NCBI GenBank assembly: GCA_002269645.1
Contig: NIVC01002124.1
Location: forward strand, 138,646-202,645
Direction: 5' to 3'
Source: Macrostomum lignano
Taxonomy: Eukaryota
Length of the DNA: 64,000 bases
Shown: piece after piece, positions 49,238 to 63,000 of the stretch
Layout of the letters: every line of letters begins with the position of its first letter
How positions within the stretch are numbered: the stretch's first letter is position 1
Notes under the pieces: model-generated
Told to the model about the DNA's origin: nothing
The model's input: the letters and a program-made list of their open reading frames with translations, nothing else
Database searches by the model: none
Translations under genes and position numbers: made by a program

Positions 49238-50477
49238 TCCCAAACCCTTTTTGTTCCCCGCTGTCTCCCAACACCCTGTTCGCCGCTGTCTCCCAACACC
49301 CTGTTCCCTGCTGTCTCCCAACACCCTGCTCCCTGCTGTCTCCCAACACCCTGTTCCCCGCTGTCTCCCAACACCCTGTTCCCTGCTGTCTCCCAACACC
49401 CTGTTCCCTGCTGTCTCCCAACACCCTGTTCCCCGCTGTCTCCCAACACCCTGTTCCCTGCTGTCTCCCAACACCCTGTTCCCTGCTGTCTCCCAACACC
49501 CTGTTCCCTGCTGTCTCCCAACACCCTGTTCCCTGCTGTCTCCCAAACCCTTTTTGTTCCCCGCTGTCTCCCAACACCCTGTTCGCCGCTGTCTTCCAAC
49601 ACCCTGTTCCCTGCTGTCTCCCAACACCCTGTTCCCCGCTGTCTCCCAACACCCTGTTCCCTGCTGTCTCCCAACACCCTGTTCCCTGCTGTCTCCCAAC
49701 ACCCTGTTCGCTGCTGTCTCCCAACACCCTGTTCGCTGCTGTCTCCCAACACCCTGTTCGCTGCTGTCTCCCAACACCCTGTTCCCTGCTGTCTCCCAAC
49801 ACCCTGTTCGCTGCTGTCTCCCAACACCCTGTTCGCTGCTGTCTCCCAACACCCTGTTCCCTGCTGTCTCCCAACACCCTGCTCCCTGCTGTCTCCCAAC
49901 ACCCTGTTCCCTGCTGTCTCCCAACACCCTGTTCCCTGCTGTCTCCCAACACCCTGTTCCCTGCTGTCTCCCAACACCCTGTTCCCTGCTGTCTCCCAAC
50001 ACCCTGTTCGCCGCTGTCTCCCAACACCCTGTTCCCTGCTGTCTCCCAACACCCTGTTCCCTGCTGTCTCCCAACACCCTGTTCCCTGCTGTCTCCCAAC
50101 ACCCTGTTCCCTGCTGTCTCCCAACACCCTGTTCGCTGCTGTCTCCCAACACCCTGTTCGCTGCTGTCTCCCAACACCCTGTTCGCTGCTGTCTCCCAAC
50201 ACCCTGTTCCCTGCTGTCTCCCAACACCCTGTTCGCTGCTGTCTCCCAACACCCTGTTCGCTGTCTCCCAACACCCTGTCCCCTGCTGTCTCCCAAACCC
50301 TTTTTGTTCCCCGCTGTCTCCCAACACCCTGTTCCCCGCTGTCTCCCAACACCCTGTTCCCTGCTGTCTCCCAACACCCTGTTCCCTGCTGTCTCCCAAC
50401 ACCCTGTTCCCTGCTGTCTCCCAACACCCTGTTCGCTGCTGTCTCCCAACACCCTGTTCCCTGCTGTCTCCCAACAA
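49238..50477. repeat. Tandem repeat, 25-bp unit (ccctgctgtctcccaacaccctgtt)
   Basis: About 49 copies. The 420-443 aa ORFs here are artefacts. Confidence 0.95.
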
Positions 50478-51139
50478 TCGTTTTCCTGTCCTCAATCCAA
50501 AAAGTTTAAATATTTTTCAGCTGAGTGACGCCAAGAAATACCCGTTGCTATGCTTCTTATTCTAATCCAAGTATACCGAGAAGAAAGAGTAGAAGATAAT
50601 AAACAAAGATTTAACTTCCGCTCCTATCCAAGAAATACAGCCCGGAAGTCAGAGCCGATTTGGCCCCGAGGACTGCATGACACAATAAAACAGGCAATGG
50701 AGTAATTAAAATTTATTATGTCACACGCCCTAGCCTCTATACCAATGAGATCGATAAGGGAAGTTCTCCCAGTTTTCCGCCAAGACCACGTCAGCGTCAA
50801 GGGGGGAGGGGGGCAAGTCAAGCAGCCGCCCACTGCAACAGGAAGTTTCAGAGAGGACAATTTATCTCTTTTAACGGAATCCGCATTTGGTAGCGAGCAT
50901 TTGTAGGCTTCCGGTAAGCGTTTCTTTACTGTCAGCAAGCCCCACCAAGGGCATCTGAAACGCGAGGCCACTTTTGCAAGATCGAGATTTCAGATCGCCT
51001 AAAGATTATTTTTTTCATTTTTCAACGCAGATGCTTTTGGCGTTAACGGAATTCAAAAGTGTATTGACAATTGACATTGTTGACGTTGCGGCGTTATGAA
51101 AGTGGATGGTTAAAACTTTTGGGCGATGTTAAATTTTAT

Positions 51140-51490
51140 GTCTTGTGGAATTTAGGTCTTGTGGAATTTAGGTCTTGTGGAATTTAGGTCTTGTGGAATT
51201 TAGGTCTTGTGGAATTTAGGTCTTGTGGAATTTAGGTCTTGTGGAATTTAGGTCTTGTGGAATTTAGGTCTTGTGGAATTTAGGTCTTGTAGAATTTAGG
51301 TCCTGTGAAATTTAGGTCTTGTGGAATTTAGGTCTTGTAGAATTTAGGTCCTGTGAAATTTAGGTCTTGTGGAATTTAGGTCCTGTGAAATTTAAGTCTG
51401 TAAAGCTAAGGTCCTGGTTTTTGGAAATAAAGGTATTGTGAAATTTAGGTCTTGTGGAATCTAGATCCTGTGAAATTTAGGTCCTGTGAA
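51140..51490. repeat. Tandem repeat, 16-bp unit (tcttgtggaatttagg)
   Basis: About 20 copies, preceded by gggcgatgttaaatttt. Confidence 0.9.
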
Positions 51491-52377
51491 AGCGGCCGTT
51501 TGAAATACACAAACGTACATTATGCCCAATCAAAACTAACGCAGTTTGTTAGACTTTCACACAGTTTTTGTCATTTTTGCTAAAACTACTCGTATCATAA
51601 CTTCGATTCTCCAAACTCGTCTTTCTAGTAAAAATTTGATACAGAAACTACCGGGCCCTGCTAATCTGTGAATTGATTTTTGTGTCAGCCTCAATTGGTC
51701 CGTTCGAATGTGTGGGTTTTGGAGATGGAGTTTGGCAATACCAGATCTTAGTTTTAGAAATCCTTGGCTTGGAGTCATAATGCTAGTAGCTTATAACAAA
51801 CCCAGATATTAAGAAATGACGCCGACACCCGCCTAATCTGCCTGTTCCACTAAAAAGCTGCATGTATGAAAATGGGGCTCTAGGAAAAACTCACCACTAC
51901 CTTTCTGGTTTTTTGACGGTGGCGGGGAGGGGGCTGCTTCCAAACCACCCCGGAAGCTTGAGCACTCCGATTCGTATAACCTCGGGAGTATAAACTCGGG
52001 CTGCTAAAATCCCCTGCATGAGCTGAGAGAGAATGTCTCATTTCTGCTCCAAGGTAGTTGGCCGCATTGGCTTGCTTTTGATTGCTGCTCTTGAGAGCCC
52101 CGGCTCCGGCGCCTGCTTTTCCTCTTCTTTTGTCAGCTTTTTGTTTCTAAAGCTTGGAAAGCAGCCAGACGAGGCTCTGGAGAAGCGATCAAAGCCAGGC
52201 CGGGCCGCAGGCTGCGTTACCGAGGAGGGTGAGTGGCCCCCTGACCCTGGTGGACTGCTGACTAGCCCACAAGCCAGCTGATGGCAGCACCGAGAGCCGA
52301 GCTAGCAATTCCTTACGATTCTCGATCCTCTATGCTAAACTGGCAATAAACCATTCGGTTTTTAAACTCCCAGCACA

Positions 52378-55300
52378 TAGATTAGCAATCCATCTAAGAT
52401 CCCAATCATCAAAGCTAGTCTAGCAATCCATTTGAGTCCTCAATCATTGAAGCTAGACTAGCAATCCATTTGAGTCCTCAATCATGGAAGCTAGATTAGC
52501 AATCCATTTGAGTCCTCAATCATCGAAGCTAGACTAGCAATCCATTTGAGTCCTCAATCATCTAATCTAGACTAGCAATCCATTTGAGTCCTCAATCATG
52601 GAAGCTAGACTAGCAATACATTTGAGTCCTCAATCATCTATGCTAGACTAGCAATACATTTGAGTCCTCAATCATGGAACCTAGACTAGCAATCCATTTG
52701 AGTCCTCAATCATGGAACCTAGACTAGCAATCCATTTGAGTCCTCAATCATCTATGCTAGACTAGCAATACATTTGAGTCCTCAATCATCTATGCTAGAC
52801 TAGCAATACATTTGAGTCCTCAATCATCTATGCTAGACTAGCAATACATTTGAGTCCTCAATCATCTATGCTAGACTAGCAATCCATTTGAGTCCTCAAT
52901 CATCTATGCTAGACTAGAAATACATTTGAGTCCTCAATCATCTATGCTAGACTAGCAATCCATTTGAGTCCTCAATCATCTATGCTAGACTAGCAATCCA
53001 TTTGAGTCCTCAATCATGGAAGCTAGACTAGTAATCCATTTGAGTCCTCAATCATCTAATCTAGACTAGCAATCCATTTGAGTCCTCAATCATGGAAGCT
53101 AGACTAGCAATCCATTTGAGTCCTCAATCATGGAAGCTAGACTAGCAATCAATTTGAGTCCTCAATCATGAAAGCTAGACTAGCAATCCATTTGAGTCCT
53201 CAATCATCTATGCTAGACTAGCAATCCATTTGAGTCCTCAATCATCTATGCTAGACTAGCAATCCATTTGAGTCCTCAATCATCTATGCTAGACTAGCAA
53301 TCCATTTGAGTCCTCAATCATCTATGCTAGACTAGCAATCCATTTGAGTCCTCAATCATGGAAGCTAGACTAGCAATCCATTTGAGTCCTCAATCATCTA
53401 TGCTAGACTAGCAATCCATTTGAGTCCTCAATCATGGAAGCTAGACTAGCAATACATTTGAGTCCTCAATCATTGAAGCTAGACTAGTAATCCATTTGAG
53501 TCCTCAATCATCTATGCTAGACTAGCAATACATTTGAGTCCTCAATCATCTATGCTAGACTAGCAATCCATTTGAGTCCTCAATCATCTATGCTAGACTA
53601 GCAATCCATTTGAGTCCTCAATCATCTATGCTAGACTAGCAATCCATTTGAGTCCTCAATCATCTATGCTAGACTAGCAATCCATTTGAGTCCTCAATCA
53701 TCTATGCTAGACTAGCAATCCATTTGAGTCCTCAATCATCTATGCTAGACTAGCAATCCATTTGAGTCCTCAATCATCTATGCTAGACTAGCAATCCATT
53801 TGAGTCCTCAATCATCTATGCTAGACTAGCAATCCATTTGAGTCCTCAATCATCTATGCTAGACTAGCAATCCATATGAGTCCTCAATCATCTATGCTAG
53901 ACTAGCAATACATTTGAGTCCTCAATCATCTATGCTAGACTAGCAATCCATTTGAGTCCTCAATCATCTATGCGAGACTAGCAATCCATTTGAGTCCTCA
54001 ATCATCTATGCTAGACTAGCAATACATTTGAGTCCTCAATCATCTATGCTAGACTAGCAATCCATTTGAGTCCTCAATCATCTATGCTAGACTAGCAATC
54101 CATTTGAGTCCTCAATCATGGAAGCTAGACTAGCAATCCATTTGAGTCCTGAATCATCTATGCTAGACTAGCAATCCATTTGAGTCCTCAATCATCTATG
54201 CTAGACTAGCAATCCATTTGAGTCTTCAATCATGGAACCTAGACTAGCAATCCATTTGAGTCCTCAATCATGGAACCTAGACTAGTAATCCATATGAGTC
54301 CTCAATCATCTATGCTAGACTAGCAATACATTTGAGTCCTCAATCATCTATGCTAGACTAGCAATCCATTTGAGTCCTCAATCATCTATGCTAGACTAGC
54401 AATCCATTTGAGTCCTCAATCATCTATGCTAGACTAGCAATCCATTTGAGTCCTCAATCATCTATGCTAGACTAGCAATCCATTTGAGTCCTCAATCATC
54501 TATGCTAGACTAGCAATCCATTTGAGTCCTCAATCATCTATGCTAGACTAGCAATCCATTTGAGTCCTCAATCATCTATGCTAGACTAGCAATCCATTTG
54601 AGTCCTCAATCATGGAAGCTAGACTAGCAATCCATTTGAGTCCTCAATCATCTATGCTAGACTAGCAATCCATTTGAGTCCTCAATCATCTATGCTAGAC
54701 TAGCAATCCATTTGAGTCCTCAATCATGGAAGCTAGACTAGCAATCCATTTGAGTCCTCAATCATCTATGCTAGACTAGCAATCCATATGAGTCCTCAAT
54801 CATCTATGCTAGACTAGCAATCCATTTGAGTCCTCAATCATGGAACCTAGACTAGCAATCCATTTGAGTCCTCAATCATGGAACCTAGACTAGTAATCCA
54901 TATGAGTCCTCAATCATCTATGCTAGACTAGCAATACATTTGAGTCCTCAATCATCTATGCTAGACTAGCAATACATTTGAGTCCTCAATCATCTATGCT
55001 AGACTAGCAATACATTTGAGTCCTCAATCATGGAAGCTAGACTAGCAATCCATTTGAGTCCTCAATCATCTATGCTAGACTAGCAATCCATTTGAGTCCT
55101 CAATCATCTATGCTAGACTAGCAATCCATTTGAGTCCTCAATCATCTATGCTAGACTAGCAATCCATTTGAGTCCTGAATCATCTATGCTAGACTAGCAA
55201 TCCATTTGAGTCCTGAATCATCTATGCTAGACTAGCAATCCATTTGAGTCCTCAATCATGGAAGCTAAACTAGCAATCCATTTGAGTCCTCAATCATCTA

Positions 55301-56612
55301 TGCTAGACTAGCAATCCATTTGAGTCCTCAATCATGGAAGCTAGACTAGCAATCCATTTGAGTCCTCAATCATCTATGCTAGACTAGCAATCCATTTGAG
55401 TCCTCAATCATCTATGCTAGACTAGCAATCCATTTGAGTCCTCAATCATGGAAGCTAGACTAGCAATCCATTTGAGTCCTCAATCATCTATGCTAGACTA
55501 GCAATCCATTTGAGTCCTCAATCATCTATGCTAGACTAGCAATACATTTGAGTCCTCAATCATTGAAGCTAGACTAGTAATCCATTTGAGTCCTCAATCA
55601 TCTATGCTAGACTAGCAATCCATTTGAGTCCTCAATCATCTATGCTAGACTAGCAATCCATTTGAGTCCTCAATCATCTATGCTAGACTAGCAATCCATT
55701 TGAGTCCTCAATCATCTATGCTAGACTAGCAATCCATTTGAGTCCTCAATCATGGAAGCTAGACTAGCAATCCATATGAGTCCTCAATCATCTATGCTAG
55801 ACTAGCAATCCATTTGAGTCCTCAATCATCTATGCTAGACTAGCAATCCATATGAGTCCTCAATCATGGAAGCTAGACTAGCAATCCATATGAGTCCTCA
55901 ATCATCTATGCTAGACTAGCAATCCATTTGAGTCCTCAATCATCTATGCTAGACTAGCAATCCATTTGAGTCCTCAATCATCTATGCTAGACTAGCAATC
56001 CATTTGAGTCCTCAATCATGGAAGCTAGACTAGCAATCCATATGAGTCCTCAATCATCTATGCTAGACTAGCAATCCATATGAGTCCTCAATCATCTATG
56101 CTAGACTAGCAATACATTTGAGTCCTCAATCATCTATGCTAGACTAGCAATCCATATGAGTCCTCAATCATCTATGCTAGACTAGCAATACATTTGAGTC
56201 CTCAATCATCTATGCTAGACTAGCAATCCATTTGAGTCCTGAATCATGGAAGCTAGACTAGCAATCCATTTGAGTCCTGAATCATGGAAGCTAGACTAGC
56301 AATCCATTTGAGTCCTGAATCATGGAACCTAGACTAGCAATCCATTTGAGTCCTTAATCATGGAAGCTAGACTAGCAATCCATTTGAGTCCTTAATCATG
56401 GAACCTAGACTAGCAATCCATTTGAGTCCTGAATCATGGAACCTAGACTAGCAATCCATTTGAGTCCTTAATCATGGAACCTAGACTAGCAATCCATTTG
56501 AGTCCTGAATCATGGAAGCTAGACTAGCAATCCATTTGAGTCCTCAATCATGGAAGCTAGACTAGCAATCCATTTGAGTCCTGAATCATGGAAGCTAGAC
56601 TAGCAATCCATT
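52378..56612. repeat. Large minisatellite, 38-bp unit (ctagactagcaatccatttgagtcctcaatcatctatg), ~110 copies
   Basis: Head-to-tail units without spacers. Variants differ mainly at catctatg vs catggaag/catggaac. Confidence 0.97.
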
Positions 56613-57050
56613 TAAGATCATAGCTAGCAATTTACTGTAATGTAGTGTTTTTTAATATTGAAATAATACCGGAAAATTGATTAAATAAAGTTTTACAGAT
56701 TTTTTAAATGTTTTACATCGCATTTCAGTAAATAAAAACGGTCAGTTAAATTTTGAATACTGTACATTCAGCCTTGATTGCCTAAACCAACTGTTTGATT
56801 TTTAATCGTTCAAGAGAAACAAAACTTCTTCGCTGATAAGATACGAGTATCGCCAAAATGTTCAACAGATAATTAGCTCTATGCACCCACAGCGCTGCTG
56901 GGTGCTGTTAAAAGGGGGTCACACGCGTGCGTACAATTCTAGATGTACATTCTTGCCTAGAAAAACAGACCTGGCTCGGCTCATACAGTATAAACGCTAG
57001 CTCGAGGGCCCAGTCCAGAGCAGCTTGGGTAGAAGAGAACTCGGTCCATT

Positions 57051-60000
57051 ATGAGCAGCCTAGCAGTTCTAGCAGCTCTAGTGGAGCTGGCAGTGAAAGC
57101 GGCGGCCACGCTGCTGTTTCTACTCGCTGCCGTGCGAGTCTGGTATGACGGCCCGCTGGCCTTCCTGCTGGACACCCTGCGACGGGTGCCCGCTGTGCGG
57201 AGGGCCATCACGGCCAGCCTGCGGCACCAGGCCGGTCGCGTCATCGCCGACGATCTGAAAATCAGCGCCGGCTCACCGCCGGTGGCAATTCCGGACAAGG
57301 GCGAGGGGGGCGCCCCGATGAGCGGCCTGGGGGAGTTTTCCTCCCCAGCTCTGTGTTCCCTTCATACTCAAGGGAGATCGTACTCTCTTCCCCTCTCTTC
57401 TCCTCTCCTCTCCTCTCCTCTCCTCTCCTTTCCTCTACTATCCTATCCTCTCCTCTCCTCTCCTTTCCTCTACTATCCTATCCTCTCTTCTCCTCTCCTC
57501 TCCTCTCCTCTCCTTTCCTCTACTATCCTATCCTCTCCTCTCCTCTCCTCTCCTCTCCTCTCCTCTCCTCTCCTCTCCTCTCCTCTCCTCTCTTCTCCTC
57601 TCCTCTCCTCTCTTCTCCTTTCCTCTACTATCCTATCCTCTCCTCTCCTCTCCTCTCCTCTCCTCTCCTCTCCTCTCCTCTCCTCTCCTCTCCTCTCTTC
57701 TCCTCTCCTCTCCTCTCCTCTCCTCTCCTCTCCTCTCCTCTCCTCTCCTCTCTCTCTCCTCTCTTCTCCTCTCCTCTCCTCTCCTCTCCTCTCCTCTCCT
57801 CTCCTCTCCTTTCCTCTACTATCCTATCCTCTCCGCTCCTCTCCTCTCCTCTCCTCTCCTCTCCTCTCCTCTCCTCTCCTCTCCTCTCCTCTCCTCTCCT
57901 CTCCTCTCCTCTCCTCTCCTCTCCTCTCCTCTCCTCTCCTCTCCTCTCCTCTCCTCTCCTCTCCTCTCCTCTCTTCTCCTCTCCTCTCCTCTCTTCTCCT
58001 TTCCTCTACTATCCTCTCCTCTCCTCTCCTCTCCTCTCCTCTCCTCTCCTCTCCTCTCCTCTCCTCTCTTCTCCTCTCCTCTCTTCTCCTCTCCTCTCCT
58101 CTCCTCTCCTCTCCTCTCCTCTCCTCTCCTCTCCTCTCCTCTCCTCTCCTCTCCTCTCCTCTCCTCTCCTCTCCTCTCTTCTCCTTTCCTCTCCTCTCCT
58201 ATCCTCTCCTCTCCTCTCCTCTCCTCTCCTCTCCTCTCCTCTCCTCTCCTCTCCTCTCCTCTCTTCTCCTCTCCTCTCTTCTCCTCTCCTCTCCTCTCCT
58301 CTCCTCTCCTCTCTTCTCCTCTCCTCTCCTCTCCTCTCCTCTCCTCTCCTCTCCTCTCTTCTCCTTTCCTCTCCTCTCTCCTCCCTCTCCTCTCCTCTCC
58401 ACTCCTCTCCTCTCCTCTCCTCTCCTCTCCTCTCCTCTCTTCTCCTATCCTCTCCTCTCCTCTCCTCTCCTCTCCTTTCCTCTCCTCTCTTCTCTCTCCT
58501 CTCCTCTCCTCTCTCTCCTCTCCTCTCCTCTCCTCTCCTCTCTTCTCCTTCTCCTCTCCTCTCCTCTCCTCTCCTCTCCTCTCTCTCTCTCCTCTCCTCT
58601 CCTCTCCTCTCCTCTCCCTCTCTCTCTCCTCTCCTTTCCTCTCCTCTCCTTTCCTCTCCTCTCTTCTCCTTTCTTCTACTATCCTATCCTCTCCTCTCCT
58701 CTCCTCTCCTCTCCTCTCCTTTCCTCTCCTCTCTTCTCCTCTCCTCTCCTCTCCTTTCCTCTCCTCTCCTCTCCTCTCCTCTCCTCTCCTCTCCTCTCTT
58801 CTCCTCTCCTCTCCTCTCCTCTCCCTTCTCTCTCCTCTCCTCTCCTTCTCTCTCCTCTCCTCTCCTTCTCTCTCCTCTCTCTCTCCTCTCCTCTTCGCTT
58901 CTTTCCTCTCTACCCTAACCAACCCTATGCAACATCCCCTCACACCAGGCGAAGACCCGCAGCAGCTTCTCGAACAGATTGAGACGCTTCGCACGCACAA
59001 AACCGACCAGATGTTTGCCTACGTGTATTCGGAAGCCGCAGAGGTCCTTGGCCACGCTCTGGCCAAAGCGCAAGAGCGGGCGGCGCTTGATTTCGTTTCT
59101 AACGACGCTTCGGAGCTCGGTGGAGGCTTGTCAGCCGAGCAGCGCCACCTGGTGGCCGAGTACATGCGGGCGTTTATGCACGAGAATGCGCTCAATCCGA
59201 CCTTGTTCGCCGCGCTGCGCCGATTCGAAGTCGAACTCGTCCAGATGACCGCCGCCATGCTGAACGCTGGTCCGGCCGCTCGGGGTAACGTCACCTCGGG
59301 CGGCACCGAGAGCGTCCTGATGGCCGTAAAGACCTACAGGGATCTCGCCAGGGCGCGGAAGCCCGGCAGTGGTGGCACGCCAAATATTGTGAGCAATTTT
59401 TGTGGGGATGGAGAAGTTTATAACCCGCACTGCCTATGTCCAACACTGTCTATTAGCCACACTGTCTATGAGCCACACTGTCTATGACCCACACAATCTA
59501 TGACCAACAATGTCTATGACCCACACTATGACCCACACTGTCTATGACCCACACTGTCTATGACCCACACTGTCTATGACCCACACTGTCTATGACCCAC
59601 ACTGTCTATGACCCACACTGTCTATGACCCACACTGTCTATGACCCACACTGTCTATGACCAACACTGCCTATGCCAACACTGTCTATGACCCACACTAT
59701 GACCCACACTGTCTATGACCAACACTGTCTATGACCCACACTGTCTATGACCCACACTGTTTATGACCCACACTGTCTATGACCAACACTGTCTATGACC
59801 CACACTGTCTATGACCAACATTGTCTATGACTTACAATTTCTGACCAACACTGTCTATGACCCACACTGTCTATGACCCACACATTCTATGACCAACAAT
59901 GTCTATGACCCACACTATGACCCACACTGTCTATGACCCGCACTGTCTATGACCCACACTGTCTATGACCCACACTGTCTATGACCAACACTGTCTATGA

Positions 60001-63000
60001 CCCACACTGTCTATGACCAACATTGTCTATGACTTACAATTTCTGACCAACACTGTCTATGACCCACACTGTCTATGACCCACACATTCTATGACCAACA
60101 ATGTCTATGATCCACACTATGACCCACACTGTCTATGACCCGCACTGTCTATGACCCACACTGTCTATGACCCACACTGTCTATGACCCACACATTCTAT
60201 GACCAACACTGTCTATAACCCACACTGTCTATGACCCACACTGTCTATGACCCACACTGTCTCTGACCCACACTGTCTATGACCCACACTGACATGACCC
60301 ACACAATCTATGACCCACACTGTCCATGGCCAACAATGTCTATGACCCACACTGTCTATGACCCACACTGTATCTGACCCACACTGTCTATGACCCACAC
60401 TGACATGACCCACACAATCTATGACCCACACTGTCCATGGCCAACAATGTCTATGACCCACACTGTCTATGACCCACACTGGCTATGACCCACACTGTCT
60501 ATGACCCACACTGTCTATGACCCACACTGTCTATGACCCACACTGTCTATGACCCACACTGTCTCTGACCCACACTGTCTCTGACCCACACAGTATATGA
60601 CCAACAATGTCTATGACCCACACTGTCTATGACCCACACAGATTATAACCCAAGCCGTCTACCTTTGTCTACCTTTGTGCAGGTAGCTGCTGTCACAGTG
60701 CATCCAGCATTTAACAAGGCGGCGCACTATTTCGGCTTGACAATGACCTTGGTGCCGGTGGATCCCGTCAGCCAGACGGTTGATCCTGCAGCCCTACGCG
60801 CGGCAGTGACATCCGACACGGTCCTGTTGGTTGCCTCGGCGCCGCAGTACTGCCACGGTATCGTCGATCCTGTCGAAGAATATGGCCGTGTGGCGCGAGA
60901 GTTCGGCTTGCCGTTACACGTCGACGCCTGCTTCGGCGGCTTCATGCTGCCCTGGTGAGAACTATCGGACTTGTGGCTGTACTTAAGATGTACTTTGCGC
61001 CTAGTGGGCATTGGTTTGCCTTATATAAGCATCTAGTTAAATGTTGACAATTACAGCTAGGGAAGTGAGGGCTAGGCAGGAGTGAGGTGGGTGGCAATCA
61101 GAGTGGGGGAATGGGGCTAGGCAGGAGTGAGGTGGGTGGTAATCAGATTGGGGGAATGGGGCTAGGCAGGAGTGAGGTGGGTGGCAATCAGATTGGGGGA
61201 ATGGGGCTAGGTGGAGTGAGGTGGGTGGCAATCAGATTGGGGGAATGCGGATAGGCGGGGGGAGGTGGGTGGCAATCAGATTGGGGGAATGGGGCTAGAC
61301 GGGAATCTTAGGCCAGCCAATCAGGATCGAGAAAAAGTCAAGAGACGAAAAGGCACCATCTGATTGTCGAACTGGCAGGGTGGAGAAACTGGGTTACTCT
61401 GTGCCGGCGTTTGACTTTCGCGTACCCGAAGTGACCTCCGTGTCAGCCGACCTTCACAAGTATGGCTTTGCGCCAAAGGTGAGGAAGACTAAAGAGTTGA
61501 TTTGATTTTTGAGTATTGCTTCTTTGATAAACCTTGCAATTTATTTGACCCTCTCTGTTAAACCCACAGGGCGCCAGCGTGATTGTGTACCGCACGGGCG
61601 GGTTGCGCAAGCACCAGCTCTACGCCTACTCTGGCTGGCCCGGCGGCCTTTTCGGCTCGCCAACCATGGCGGGCACGAGGCCAGGGGGCTACCTGGCCAC
61701 CGCCTGGGTCACCCTGCGCACCATGGGCCAGGAGGGCTTCGTGCGCATTGCCGGCGACCTCATGGAGCTCACCAAGTTCTGGACTGAAGAGATTCGGGCT
61801 ACAGGGGTAAGCTAGGGTGAAAAAAGTTAAGTATTCCTACTCATAGTAGTTAATCACTATTTTTTGGAAACTGCACAAACTAACCAGGCGCTAAAAATCG
61901 TTGGCTCGCCGCAAATGACCTGCTTTGCCATCACCTCGAACAACCCCGCCGTGAACGTCTTCGTTCTGGCCGACCTCTTGGAGGACAAGGGTGAGTTGGA
62001 CCAGCTTGTAAGTCTGTTGAGCTCTCAGACACATCAGACACAACATTGTCTAACCCGACAAAACACACAGGTTGGAAAATGGAGCGGGAGTCGAACCCGG
62101 ACTGTCTGCACGTGACGGTGCTGCCGCAGCACCTGGCCAGGCGGGACGACTTTGTCACCGACATCCGCGCCTGCGTTGACAGAATTCTGGTGAGTGCCGT
62201 GGCGCTGGGTGGGGTAACTGCTCACTGCTGCCATCTCATACCTCTGAGACTCTCATCTCTGACACTCTCACCTCTGACACTCTCACCTCTGACACTCTCA
62301 CCACATCTGACACTCTCACCTCTGACACTCACCACATCTGACACTCTCACCTCTGACACTCTCACCACATCTGACATTCTCACCTCTGACACTCTCACCA
62401 CCTCTGACACTCTCACCTCTGACACTCTCACCTCTGACACTCTCACCACATCTGACACTCTCACCACATCTGACACTCTCACCTCTGACACTCTCACCTC
62501 TGACACTCTCACCACATCTGACACTCTCACCACATCTGACACTCTCACCTCTGACACTCTCACCTCTGACACTCTCACCACCTCTGACACTCTCACCACA
62601 TCTGACACTCTCACCACATCTGACACTCTCACCTCTGACACTCTCACCACATCTGACACTCTCACCTCTGACACTCTCACCTCTGACACTCTCACCACCT
62701 CTGACACTCTCACCACATCTGACCCTCTCACCTCTGACACTCTCACATCTGACACTCTCACCTGACACTCTCACCTCTGACACTCTCACCTGTGACACTC
62801 TCCCCTCTGACACATTCTCACTCTCACTGTAAACTCCCTATATTTTCGAGCTCTCCTAATTTTTTAAATTGCCTCATCAAATAGATTCTTTTAAATATTA
62901 ATGTTGACTTCTAGATACTACTAACTAGCAGAATTTCAGTAGCAAGCAGGACATTTTCCTCGCTAAAAACTCACAGCGCAGAGCGAGAAAATCAAGCCCA

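Noticed and set aside
49144-50528. Five 420-443-aa ORFs
   Set aside because: A 25-bp unit without stop codons gives ORFs in nearly all frames, so this is an artefact.
52378-56612. 38-bp repeat as a CRISPR array
   Set aside because: Units are head-to-tail with no unique spacers, there are no cas genes, and the context is eukaryotic.
57051-58982. 643-aa ORF as a single protein
   Set aside because: Only the first 83 codons are SGPL1 exon 1. The rest is translation of the (CTCCT)n intron.
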